Position numbers and translations under genes: made by a program. From an uncultured Alphaproteobacteria bacterium (GTDB lineage: Bacteria > Pseudomonadota > Alphaproteobacteria > UBA8366 > JADFVY01), in contig CAMYKU010000005.1 of NCBI GenBank assembly GCA_947259105.1, forward strand, positions 9,530 to 73,529: a DNA stretch of 64,000 bases, given 5' to 3'. A model generated the notes under the pieces. The model saw only the letters and a list, made by a program, of their open reading frames with translations. It had not been told where the DNA came from and ran no database searches. Below, piece by piece: positions 1 through 9,040 of the stretch. Every line of letters begins with the position of its first letter. The first letter of the stretch is position 1.

Positions 1-60
1 ATCAGGCCAGCCGTATAGCGATATTTTCTTCATCCGGGCCCGCATTTGCATACCTCGCAT

Positions 61-2181
61 CTATTCCGCCGCGATCGGGCGATCAATCGCGCGCTCAGGC
101 GGGAAAACGGCGCGAGCGATCGTACCCTTGCCAGGTTCGCTCTCGATTTCCAGAACGCCGCCGTGCAAACCCACGAGGCTCTTGGTCAGCGGCAGGCCGA
201 GGCCGGTCCCCTCGTATTTCCGGGCGAGCGACGAATCCACCTGTATGAAGGGTTTCAGAACTGTCTGCAGGTCCTGCTCGGAAATTCCGATACCGGTATC
301 CGAAATGCCGACGGCCAGGCCCTTGCTAGGGTCATAACTGGCCGACACCGTGACATGCCCCTTGCGCGGCGTAAATTTGATCGCATTCGACAAGAGATTG
401 AGGATGATCTGTTTGAGCGCGCGCTCGTCGGCATAGAGAATCGGCAGAGACTCGGCGATTTCGGTCCTCAGACCAATACCGGAGTCTTGCGCCTTTCCTT
501 CCACGAGATGCAGTGCGTCGGCGACGAGGTCGGACAGAACGATGTTCTGCTCATTGAGCTGGAACTTGTTGGCCTCCACCTTGGACAGGTCGAGGATGTT
601 GTTGATCAGCCCCAGAAGGTGCAGGCCGCTGCTACGAATATCCTCTGCATATCCTCTGTAGCGATCATCGCCAATTGGCCCGAACATCTCGAAAATCAGC
701 ATTTCCGAAAATCCGATGACCGCATTCAGCGGTGTACGCAATTCGTGACTGACCATAGCCAGGAACTCCGATTTCGCATGGCTTGCAACCTCGGCCTGTT
801 CCTTGGCCATGCGGAGCTCTGATTCAACACGCGTGCGCTCGCTGATCTCTCGCTCGAGGGCGGCGTTGGACTCGTTGGCGGCCAGCAGCTGTGCGGTCCG
901 CTGCTCGACACGGCGCTCAATCACTTTCTGCCTGTTCTGGGCAGATACCAGGTAAAGCACCAACAGGCTCGTCAGCAGCAGGCCGGCCAGACCGACGCCC
1001 CATGGCACGATACCCTGATCGAAGCGCATGGTTCCAGGCACGGGCTTCACCAGGATCGACAGTTTCCAGTCCGCCAGTTGATGCTGCACCACAGCGGAGA
1101 ACCCGCCACCGGCGTCCGCGACCAGCTGCAGCGGCTGATCTGCCGACCTGAGAAGCGAGGGCTGTATGTAGATGAGACTGAAGGAGCCGTCATCCGCCTC
1201 TTCGAATACGAACGTATCGAGCCAGCCCGGTGCAGTGAACTCCAGCAATGTCTGCTCGACCAGCAGGTCCACTTCAATGAGGCCGACGACGAACCCGATG
1301 GGCTCCGTTTCGGGTTGCTGCGACGAGTCGTCCGTCTCGCCGCCATCTTTGAGAAAAACGGGCCGGATCAGCAACAGGCTGTTCCCCGTTGTCCCGGCGC
1401 CGGACCGGCCGGCCCAGTCGGCGACGGTCATTCTGCCGGTCTCGCGCGCACGGTCGAGCGCAACCTTGTAGCTGCTCCGCGATCCAAGGTCGAAACCAAG
1501 GAGCTTGTCGTTCCCGTCAAACGGCTCCACATAGTAGACGGGCTCGTATACGGGACGTCTTGCTGCGGGGTATGCGCTGTTTTCCACCCTCCATTCGTTG
1601 AAACTGAACCCGTGCACACCGTCCTCGCGGGCTCTTTGCTCATAAGCCGGCCGACCCGCGGCGGTCACTACCGGGACCCAGGCGATGGCACGGAATCCGG
1701 GATGTATGTCCAGATTACGATCCGCGAATTTACCAAATTCCCAGCGGTCGATCGCTTGGCCATATTCAGAAAAGAGCTTCCCGGCAGACTTCAACACATC
1801 CGCATGCCGGTCGACGGCCTTCTCCAATGCAAGCAGATAATGGCCCGCCTGGCGGTCGAAATCGTGCCGAGCCGCGCCGCGATAAAGGTTCTGTACGACG
1901 ATAATGCCCGCAACGGAGATCGCGATGCCGGCCACGGAGACCAGGACGGCCGCGCGGTGCTCCCGCAGCGTCCGTGCAGACCGCCGTGCGAAGCGCGCCA
2001 GACGCCCCGGCACGTCGGATTTCGGCGCCATCCACGCGCGCAGCCGCACGGGCAGCCACGCGCGCAGCCGTGTAGGCAGCCGCGCACGCAGAAGCGTTGC
2101 GAACTTCGCCGGGACGTTCTTCAGTCCACCCATTTTTACTCCCGCATTGGAAATTATGCTGCGAGTTTTCCCTTTCCGCAC
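61..2181 (-). CDS. CHASE-domain membrane sensor histidine kinase (PleC/DivJ-like HisKA-HATPase)
   Basis: Two TM segments flank a CHASE-like region (YYVEPFDGNDKLLGFDL). H-box FLAMVSHELRTPLNAVIGFSE, N-box NLLSNAIKFT, G-boxes DTGIGI and GTGLGL. The start could be the later MGGLK. Confidence 0.9.
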   Translation of the reverse strand: MRKGKTRSIISNAGVKMGGLKNVPAKFATLLRARLPTRLRAWLPVRLRAWMAPKSDVPGRLARFARRSARTLREHRAAVLVSVAGIAISVAGIIVVQNLYRGAARHDFDRQAGHYLLALEKAVDRHADVLKSAGKLFSEYGQAIDRWEFGKFADRNLDIHPGFRAIAWVPVVTAAGRPAYEQRAREDGVHGFSFNEWRVENSAYPAARRPVYEPVYYVEPFDGNDKLLGFDLGSRSSYKVALDRARETGRMTVADWAGRSGAGTTGNSLLLIRPVFLKDGGETDDSSQQPETEPIGFVVGLIEVDLLVEQTLLEFTAPGWLDTFVFEEADDGSFSLIYIQPSLLRSADQPLQLVADAGGGFSAVVQHQLADWKLSILVKPVPGTMRFDQGIVPWGVGLAGLLLTSLLVLYLVSAQNRQKVIERRVEQRTAQLLAANESNAALEREISERTRVESELRMAKEQAEVASHAKSEFLAMVSHELRTPLNAVIGFSEMLIFEMFGPIGDDRYRGYAEDIRSSGLHLLGLINNILDLSKVEANKFQLNEQNIVLSDLVADALHLVEGKAQDSGIGLRTEIAESLPILYADERALKQIILNLLSNAIKFTPRKGHVTVSASYDPSKGLAVGISDTGIGISEQDLQTVLKPFIQVDSSLARKYEGTGLGLPLTKSLVGLHGGVLEIESEPGKGTIARAVFPPERAIDRPIAAE
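2032..2091. repeat. 24-bp tandem repeat (about 2.5 copies) inside the kinase N-terminus
   Basis: CCACGCGCGCAGCCGCACGGGCAG, then CCACGCGCGCAGCCGTGTAGGCAG, then CCGCGCACGCAG. Encodes LRARLPTRLRAWLPVRLRAW. Confidence 0.75.
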
Positions 2182-2634
2182 TCATGCACCCATGGTTGTT
2201 TCAAGACCCCATCGATCACGGCATGTTTCCACATCATTTGGGTTTTTTTGAGGCTATCTTTCGGCAGCGCACTAACGCCAGAAGGATATCATATTAATAC
2301 TGTCTTAGTATTATCAATTAGTTAAACCTTATATACAATTTGGGCAAAATTCCTTTCTCTCTGTAACAACGTCAAAACCATCTCAACGGCCAGACCATCT
2401 CCAGTCACGATATCCTTGATGCCGGCCTCTGCGGCCCCATATGCCGCACAATTCGCGGGTCGTGCCGCCGCCCAACGGCGAATCAGGCTTGACCATCGCC
2501 GGAACGGACCCCCGTCAGCCCACTGCGCCGGGCTTCAACGGATGCGGGTGCGGGCCGGCTCATCATCCCCACGTACCCGGGACGCATTTTACCAACGGGA
2601 TGTGCTGGCAATGCCGGTCCGCCAACACATGGGA

Positions 2635-4500
2635 TCAGTTTGACACCAGCGGGCCAACCGCACCCTTGTCCCGGTCGAGAACTGGCACGAGCCACGGACC
2701 CGATTCCTTGCTCCGGCAGGCGACCGCCGGATAGGCGCGGGGTTTGGCGGACTGCGAGCGCACCAGGACATAAGTCCGACAAGGCACGCCGTCCGGGCGA
2801 TCGATTTCGCCGGTCGCCTCGATGACGAACGCTTCACCGACGGCGGTGCTTCCCCAACGGGTCTCGGTTCCGATCTCCCCGTTCTCCAGCATGTCCTGTA
2901 CGCTCCGCTCCAGCCCGGCACGCACGGCGGGCGGCCAGTCGTGTCCCCCGGGCCTGATCGCCACCAGTTCGACCCGATGTACGCCTTCGACACCGTCCAG
3001 AAGATCGTCCCGGCGGACATAGTGGCGCACCGCCGGCGCGTAGTACCAGACACGCGTGTGCCAGGTGCCCGGACGGGGATTGGATCGCTTGCAGACAACT
3101 GGGATCGTCTCGAAAGTGCCGGCGGCAACCGACACTCGCTCTCCGCCTTTCCGCCTGCATCCCCATGTTTCGGTCGTCTTGATCGCAGTGCCGGGGGCAT
3201 CCGCGGGCGTCCAGAAAACACTGACGCCAAACGAGACGGCTTTGCGCCTTGTGTTCGGCCAGGCGTCGTCGGCATCCAGATCCACCGTCGCCTCGCCACT
3301 GCCGGCCGCGGTTTGCCACGCGATACGGGGCAGAATGAAGTTGCGGTGCGCGGTCTGGCTGGCACCGGCCCTTGTGCGCCACCAGACCCTGTCGCTGCCG
3401 ACCCGGAGAACCGTCTCCACCCGGCCGTCCGAATAGGCGAACGCATCGCCGACCTCGTAGACCGGCTCGAATTCGTCCCGCTGATATCCGATCACGACGT
3501 CGCCTGGTCCGGCATACGGGGCGTCGCGCGCCGGTATGGCGGCGGACGCATTGAGATGTTCGAGCAGGATCAGCGAAACCTTCCCGTCGACCGGCAGTCC
3601 GGCCCGTGTCTGATAGTCGCGAATTGCAGACGTCGTCTTGCGGCCCGGATAGCCGTCGGCCGGGCCGGGATCGTAACCACGCGCCGCCAGCATCCGCTGC
3701 GCCGATCTGATGGTCTCGCGCGTCAGGTGATCGACCAGTTCCTGTGAGGGCTCGCCGTCAATTTCGAGCCCCGCCCGTTCCTGATACGCGCGGATCGCTG
3801 TCGTCGTCTTGCCGCCGGCCAGGCCGTCGATGACGCCGGCATCGTAGCCGAGCACGGCAAGCATCCGCTGCACCGATCTTACGGTCTCGCGCAACATATG
3901 GTCGACCAGCGCATCGGTGGCCATGCCGTCGACCTCGAGGCCGGCCATGGCCTGATAGTCGCGAATCGCGGCCCTGGTCTTGCGGCCGGAAAACCCGTCG
4001 GCCGGACCGGGATCGTAACCGCTTTCGGCCAGCATGCGCTGTACCGTCGCCACGGTTTCGCGCTTGAGATGGTTGGCAAGTCCCTGGGTCGGCTTGCCGT
4101 CGACTCTCAGGCCGGCCTGGGCCTGATACAGCCTGATCGCCCTGACCGTCTTGCGCCCGGCGAAACCGTCGGCCGGGCCAGGATCATAGCCGCGCGCAAG
4201 CAGCCCGAGTTGTAGCGAGCGTACGGTCTCGCGGGTCATGTGGTCGATCAGAGCCTGCGACGCCCTGCCGTCGACCGGCAGGTCGGCCCGCTTCTGATAG
4301 CTGCGGATCGCGGCAGTCGTCTCGCTGCCGGCGTATCCGTTGATCTGCCCGACATCGTAGCCGCGCGCGGCCAACGCGTTCTGCACCGTTTCCACGATCT
4401 CGCGGGATGCCTCGCCCGGGTCCTGCGCCCGGGCATGCTTTGCGACGACCGAGCCAGCCACAAGAATACCCGCCACGAGCGCCATGAACACAGTGCGCAT
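2635..4500 (-). CDS. Exported protein with five tandem peptidoglycan-binding (PG_binding_1) repeats and a C-terminal region ending in a 17-kDa-surface-antigen-like domain
   Basis: Signal peptide MRTVFMALVAGILVAGSVVAKHARA. Five ~57-aa repeats of consensus VQxxLxxxGYDPGPADGxxGxKTxxAIRxYQxxAGLxVDG. C-terminus W-x-S...CRTY...ACR...GPW. The ORF could extend to 4611. Confidence 0.85.
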   Translation of the reverse strand: MRTVFMALVAGILVAGSVVAKHARAQDPGEASREIVETVQNALAARGYDVGQINGYAGSETTAAIRSYQKRADLPVDGRASQALIDHMTRETVRSLQLGLLARGYDPGPADGFAGRKTVRAIRLYQAQAGLRVDGKPTQGLANHLKRETVATVQRMLAESGYDPGPADGFSGRKTRAAIRDYQAMAGLEVDGMATDALVDHMLRETVRSVQRMLAVLGYDAGVIDGLAGGKTTTAIRAYQERAGLEIDGEPSQELVDHLTRETIRSAQRMLAARGYDPGPADGYPGRKTTSAIRDYQTRAGLPVDGKVSLILLEHLNASAAIPARDAPYAGPGDVVIGYQRDEFEPVYEVGDAFAYSDGRVETVLRVGSDRVWWRTRAGASQTAHRNFILPRIAWQTAAGSGEATVDLDADDAWPNTRRKAVSFGVSVFWTPADAPGTAIKTTETWGCRRKGGERVSVAAGTFETIPVVCKRSNPRPGTWHTRVWYYAPAVRHYVRRDDLLDGVEGVHRVELVAIRPGGHDWPPAVRAGLERSVQDMLENGEIGTETRWGSTAVGEAFVIEATGEIDRPDGVPCRTYVLVRSQSAKPRAYPAVACRSKESGPWLVPVLDRDKGAVGPLVSN

Positions 4501-4812
4501 CAACAGCCCGCACGCTGGTTTTTCGCGCAGCTTGCGGCTCCGTGACGTGCCCGGTTTCACACCGGCCGCCCGGTGAATGGCCCGCGTGTCGTGTGAATCA
4601 ACCCCGGTCATTCGATGCGGTCCACAATGCCTGCTTCGCGCAGGTGTACATCCCGAATGGAACTGTCGGTGCCCCGGACGCGGTATGCGATTCTTCCCAC
4701 ACGCATGATCATTTTACGAAGGCCATTGTTAACAAACGAAAAAGGCCCCGACGCCCAATCGATACGTGCTCGTTCCGTTGTTCTGTTTCGCTGCGCCATG
4801 GACATCATCCTC

Positions 4813-6936
4813 CTATTCGGCCGCCGCGGCTGTCTTCCGGGCAATGACGCGCTCCTTGGGAAAGATGACCTTGACCGTCGTTCCCACGCCTTCCTTGCTC
4901 TTGAGCTCGAGTTCGCCATCGTGAAGCTCCACGAGGCTCTTGGTCAGTGGCAGCCCGAGGCCTGTTCCCTCGTATTCCCGCGAAATGGAGGAGTCTGCCT
5001 GGATGAACGGCTGGAAAATCCGCGCCTGGTCGCGCTTGGCGATCCCGACGCCGTTGTCCGATACCGTCGCGACGAGCCGGCCCTTGTAGTCGATCCGCGC
5101 GCCGACCACGATCCGCCCGCCACGCGCGGTAAACTTGACCGCGTTCGACAGCAGGTTGAGGACAATCTGCTTCAGCGATCTGGCGTCGCCATAAACGACC
5201 AGGAACGGGTGGGCGTACGCCGTCTCTATTGTCACGCCAACGCTTTCCGCCTTGTCGCGCAGCAGGCTGAGCCCTTCCTCGATGATCTCGGTGATATCGA
5301 TCTCCTGCTCGTCCAACTCGAATTTCTTCGCCTCAACCTTGGAGAGATCGAGAATGTTGTTGATGAGGCTCAGCAGGTGCAATCCGCTGTTGCGGATGTC
5401 CTGGCCATACTCCCGATACTTTTCGCTGACCGGCCCGAACAACTCGTAGACGGTCATCTCGGAAAATCCGATGACCGCATTTAGCGGGGTCCGCAGTTCG
5501 TGACTGACCATAGCCAGGAATTCCGACTTCGCCCGGTTCGCCACGTCGGCCTGTTCCTTGGCCTCGCGCAGCTCTTTTTCGACGCGCTTGCGCTGGGCGA
5601 TCTCCTTCCCCAGCGCCACGTTCGACGCGTTGGCCCGCGTGAGTTCCCTGGTTCGCTGTATCACGGCCCGCTCGATCAGCAACTGCCGATCGCGTGTCGA
5701 TTTCAGGTGCATGACCAGCGCCAGGGTGAGCATGAGGCTGACCACGCCGAACCCCCACGGCGCGATACCGGATCCGGATACCATTTGGCCGGGAACCGGC
5801 TTGACGACGATCGACCAGTCGCGATCGGCCAGCCTGAAACCGGCGGATGTGACGAACCCCGCGCGGACTCCCGCTTCATCTGCCGGCGCCGCGTGTTCGC
5901 TGCGCAGCTGCGACGGCCGATAGTACAAGAGGCGTTGGCCCTTGCCCGCATGTTCGTCGATCAGAAAGGTGTCCACCCAATCCGGCGTCGTGAACATCGC
6001 GAGGGTCGAGTCGATGATGGCGCCCACGTCGAGCACGCCAACCACGAAACCGACAAGTTTCTCGCGCCGGTCCGGGATGGTGAGCGGCGTATTGGCGGTG
6101 GTGTATACCGGCGAGATGACGAGCAGCGTCGCTTTGGTGTTGTTCCCCGCATCCGCCGGCGCCGCGAACGCGGTCGACGTCGTGCCGCTGTCACGCGCGC
6201 GGTCCAGGGCATTCAGATATGTCGGCCGAAACGCCAGGTCAAAGCCCAGAAAATCCTCATTCCCGTCGAAGGGTTCGACATAATAAACCGGCGAATATTC
6301 AGGGCGAGAGGCGGCCTCGATCACCGTTCCCTGGGCGCCGCGCTCGGTCACGTGGAACTTGAACAACCCGTCGTCGTTGGCGGCTTGTTCAAGGGCGGCC
6401 CGATCGGATTCCGCCACACGCGGCGCCCATGCCAGCGCCTTTATGCCGGGATATCCGGGCAGCCGGTCCTCGGTGAACTTGAAGAACTCCCATCGGTTGA
6501 CCTGGCCACCGAATTCAGAGATCAAAGCGCCGACTTCGGAGACAACCTCGACGTACCGGTCGGCGGCCTTGCGCGAAACGAGCAGATGATGCGCCGCTTT
6601 CCTGTCGAACTCATGCCGGTCGGCAGCCTCGTCGTAATACCGGATGGTCAGAAACCCGGCCACCGCAATCACGACACCCACCACCAGCACGATCGCTTCC
6701 GGCGCCCGCTCGCGCAGGAACGCAAGTACCCGCGCACGCAGAGGCTCCAGCGACGGCACGAATTCGCGCCACCGCGCCGGCCCGGCAACGGTTCTGCCGA
6801 ACACCCCGAGCACGCCCGCGAGCCGCATGGCCTTGCGGGCGGCAGATTGGAACAGTCCACCCGCGTAGGAACGAACGGCAACGGCGTAAACGGTCATGCC
6901 TGCAAGAACCCGCCTGACGCGCGGATCACCACCCAT
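4813..6936 (-). CDS. CHASE-domain membrane sensor histidine kinase, paralogue of 61..2181
   Basis: Same architecture as the first kinase: YYVEPFDGNEDFLGFDL, identical H-box FLAMVSHELRTPLNAVIGFSE, NLLSNAVKFT and GTGLGL. Confidence 0.9.
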   Translation of the reverse strand: MGGDPRVRRVLAGMTVYAVAVRSYAGGLFQSAARKAMRLAGVLGVFGRTVAGPARWREFVPSLEPLRARVLAFLRERAPEAIVLVVGVVIAVAGFLTIRYYDEAADRHEFDRKAAHHLLVSRKAADRYVEVVSEVGALISEFGGQVNRWEFFKFTEDRLPGYPGIKALAWAPRVAESDRAALEQAANDDGLFKFHVTERGAQGTVIEAASRPEYSPVYYVEPFDGNEDFLGFDLAFRPTYLNALDRARDSGTTSTAFAAPADAGNNTKATLLVISPVYTTANTPLTIPDRREKLVGFVVGVLDVGAIIDSTLAMFTTPDWVDTFLIDEHAGKGQRLLYYRPSQLRSEHAAPADEAGVRAGFVTSAGFRLADRDWSIVVKPVPGQMVSGSGIAPWGFGVVSLMLTLALVMHLKSTRDRQLLIERAVIQRTRELTRANASNVALGKEIAQRKRVEKELREAKEQADVANRAKSEFLAMVSHELRTPLNAVIGFSEMTVYELFGPVSEKYREYGQDIRNSGLHLLSLINNILDLSKVEAKKFELDEQEIDITEIIEEGLSLLRDKAESVGVTIETAYAHPFLVVYGDARSLKQIVLNLLSNAVKFTARGGRIVVGARIDYKGRLVATVSDNGVGIAKRDQARIFQPFIQADSSISREYEGTGLGLPLTKSLVELHDGELELKSKEGVGTTVKVIFPKERVIARKTAAAAE

Positions 6937-7205
6937 TACGACTCCTGTCCTAGCCCCTGTAGGGCCATCGATCTCGAGCGGAAGCCTGTTGCGCTTCCCG
7001 GATTATTCTTTGGTCCCGAATACCGCCCTTATGCCCCGCGGTGTCTCGGGATATAACGAAACCAACCCCATTTTATGTCATGGATTGTAGCAAATTATGG
7101 GGAACGAAACCTTACGAACGGTATGGGATTTTACTCAAATCCGCTTCAGTTGGCCGATCGCGGTCGGGCTTGGCGGCATCCGTGTTACGCGCTGTGCAGG
7201 AGCTT

Positions 7206-7913
7206 TCAGTCCAGAACCGATTCGATATCGAACACGCTGGCGATGACCCGGTCGGCGATCGGCGCCAGACCCTCGCGCGGGGTTGCGCCGGTAAGCACGG
7301 CGACGGCGAGTCCGGTGCCGGCGGCACGGGCCATGGTCATATCGCGGGCGGTATCGCCGACGACCAGGACGTCTGCCGGCGACACGCCGGCCGCAGCGCA
7401 AAACCCTCGAACCATGCCCGGCGCGGGCTTGGATCCATAGCCGCTGTCGTAGCCGCTGATGAACGACAGAAAATCCATTATTTCGAGGGATTTGGCGGTT
7501 GCGCGGGCCACGGCCTCGCCGTCCATGGTGGCCATGCCCAGCACCAGGCCGCGGCCGGCCAGACGGCGAAACAGATCCGCGAGTCCGTCGGCAACGGGCA
7601 CCGGGCGGGCGGTCACGTATTCGTCCATCTCATTGTGGAGTTCCCGCGACAGCTTCCGGCAATCCGCCACACCCGCTTCCGCCGCCCACAGCTCGCAGAT
7701 TTCCAGCGTCGTGCCACTCGCCAGAATGGAGTCCGGGTCGAGAGCGCCGGTCGCCGGGTCGTAACCCCCGAGCCGAAGCAGGCGATCGCCGAGAGCAGGA
7801 TCGCCCGCCACCGCGGAGGCCAGGTCCGAGGCGGCACGGTAGGCGGGAATCCAGGTCTCGAAGAAGTCGACCAGCGTGCCGTCCTTGTCGAACAATATGC
7901 CCCTGATCGGCAT
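7206..7913 (-). CDS. HAD-superfamily hydrolase (phosphoglycolate phosphatase-like)
   Basis: Start MPIRGILFDKDGTL (motif I), plus SKPAP and VVGDT..D motifs. The ORF-track 5' extension is a shadow of the pirin gene. Confidence 0.88.
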   Translation of the reverse strand: MPIRGILFDKDGTLVDFFETWIPAYRAASDLASAVAGDPALGDRLLRLGGYDPATGALDPDSILASGTTLEICELWAAEAGVADCRKLSRELHNEMDEYVTARPVPVADGLADLFRRLAGRGLVLGMATMDGEAVARATAKSLEIMDFLSFISGYDSGYGSKPAPGMVRGFCAAAGVSPADVLVVGDTARDMTMARAAGTGLAVAVLTGATPREGLAPIADRVIASVFDIESVLD

Positions 7914-8093
7914 CGCGGCCTTGCCCTTCCGTTGCGTCGCTTCCCGTGGCTGTCCCGCGCGTCGGAGCGCATACGTCCACGGGCACGATTGTTCGAAAAG
8001 AATAAACAATATTGTTCCCTGCCGAGGGATTATATTCGCCGCAAGGCGGGTTATCTTCAGCTCGTCGGCGGCGGGCAGCGGAGGAGACGGGCG

Positions 8094-8966
8094 ATGACGA
8101 CAAACTGGCGGACGGTGAAAGGCGTAACCTGGGGGCGCGAAACAAGCGACGGCGCGGGGGTGCGGCTGAAACGCGTCATCGGCCAGCCGGAACTGGATTT
8201 CCTGGACCCGTTCCTCATGCTCGACGCCTTTGGCTCGGACGAGGCGGACGACTATATTGCGGGATTCCCGCCACATCCGCATCGCGGCATCGAGACGGTG
8301 ACGTACATGCTGGCCGGACGCATGCGGCACGAGGACGATGCCGGCCACGCGGGCACTCTCGGTCCCGGCGGGGTGCAATGGATGACCGCCGGCCGCGGCA
8401 TCATCCACTCCGAAATGCCGGAGCAGGAAGAGGGTGAAATGCGGGGCTTCCAGCTTTGGGTGAACCTGCCGGCAAAGGACAAGATGTGCACGCCGCGCTA
8501 TCAGAACATCGAGCCCGGCGAGATTCCGGAGGTGACCCGCGATAGCGGCGCCACGGTCAGGATCATCGCCGGCACGGTGTATGGCGTCGAAGGGCCTGTG
8601 CGGGGGATCGCCGCCGCGCCGCTCTATATCGACGAGACGCTGCCGGCGGACACGGTGAGCGATCATCCGGTGGCCCCGGATCACAACGCCTTTTCGTACG
8701 TCTTTGCGGGAACGGCAGAGATCGGCGCCACCGAAGCGGCGCCGGGCAAGCTGGTGCGCAGCGGCGAGCTGGCGGTGCTCGGTCAGGGCGATGCCGTGCG
8801 TATCCGGGCCGGGCAGGATGGAGCGCGGCTGATCCTTGTGGCCGGACAACCTCTGGGCGAACCCATCGTCAAGTACGGCCCCTTCGTGATGAACAGCAAG
8901 GACGAAATCCTGCAAGCCATCAACGACTACCAGAACGGCACGTTCAGCAACCCGCCGGCAGAGTGA
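8094..8966 (+). CDS. Pirin family protein
   Basis: DPFLMLD, GFPPHPHRGIETVTY, WMTAGRGIIHSEMP, QLWVNLP and YGPFVMN. RBS GAGGAG before ATG 8094. Confidence 0.95.
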   Translation: MTTNWRTVKGVTWGRETSDGAGVRLKRVIGQPELDFLDPFLMLDAFGSDEADDYIAGFPPHPHRGIETVTYMLAGRMRHEDDAGHAGTLGPGGVQWMTAGRGIIHSEMPEQEEGEMRGFQLWVNLPAKDKMCTPRYQNIEPGEIPEVTRDSGATVRIIAGTVYGVEGPVRGIAAAPLYIDETLPADTVSDHPVAPDHNAFSYVFAGTAEIGATEAAPGKLVRSGELAVLGQGDAVRIRAGQDGARLILVAGQPLGEPIVKYGPFVMNSKDEILQAINDYQNGTFSNPPAE

Positions 8967-9040
8967 TCGAGAGACCGCAGACGCGGTCTTGAGCGCGGGC
9001 CCGATATGCTCTACACCGTGGGGCAAATCAAGGGTGCAAA

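Noticed and set aside
7041-9026. Apparent 641-aa pirin and 606-aa HAD fusion ORFs overlapping each other
   Set aside because: The family motifs begin at 8094 (+, with an RBS) and 7913 (-). The extensions are each other's antisense shadows.
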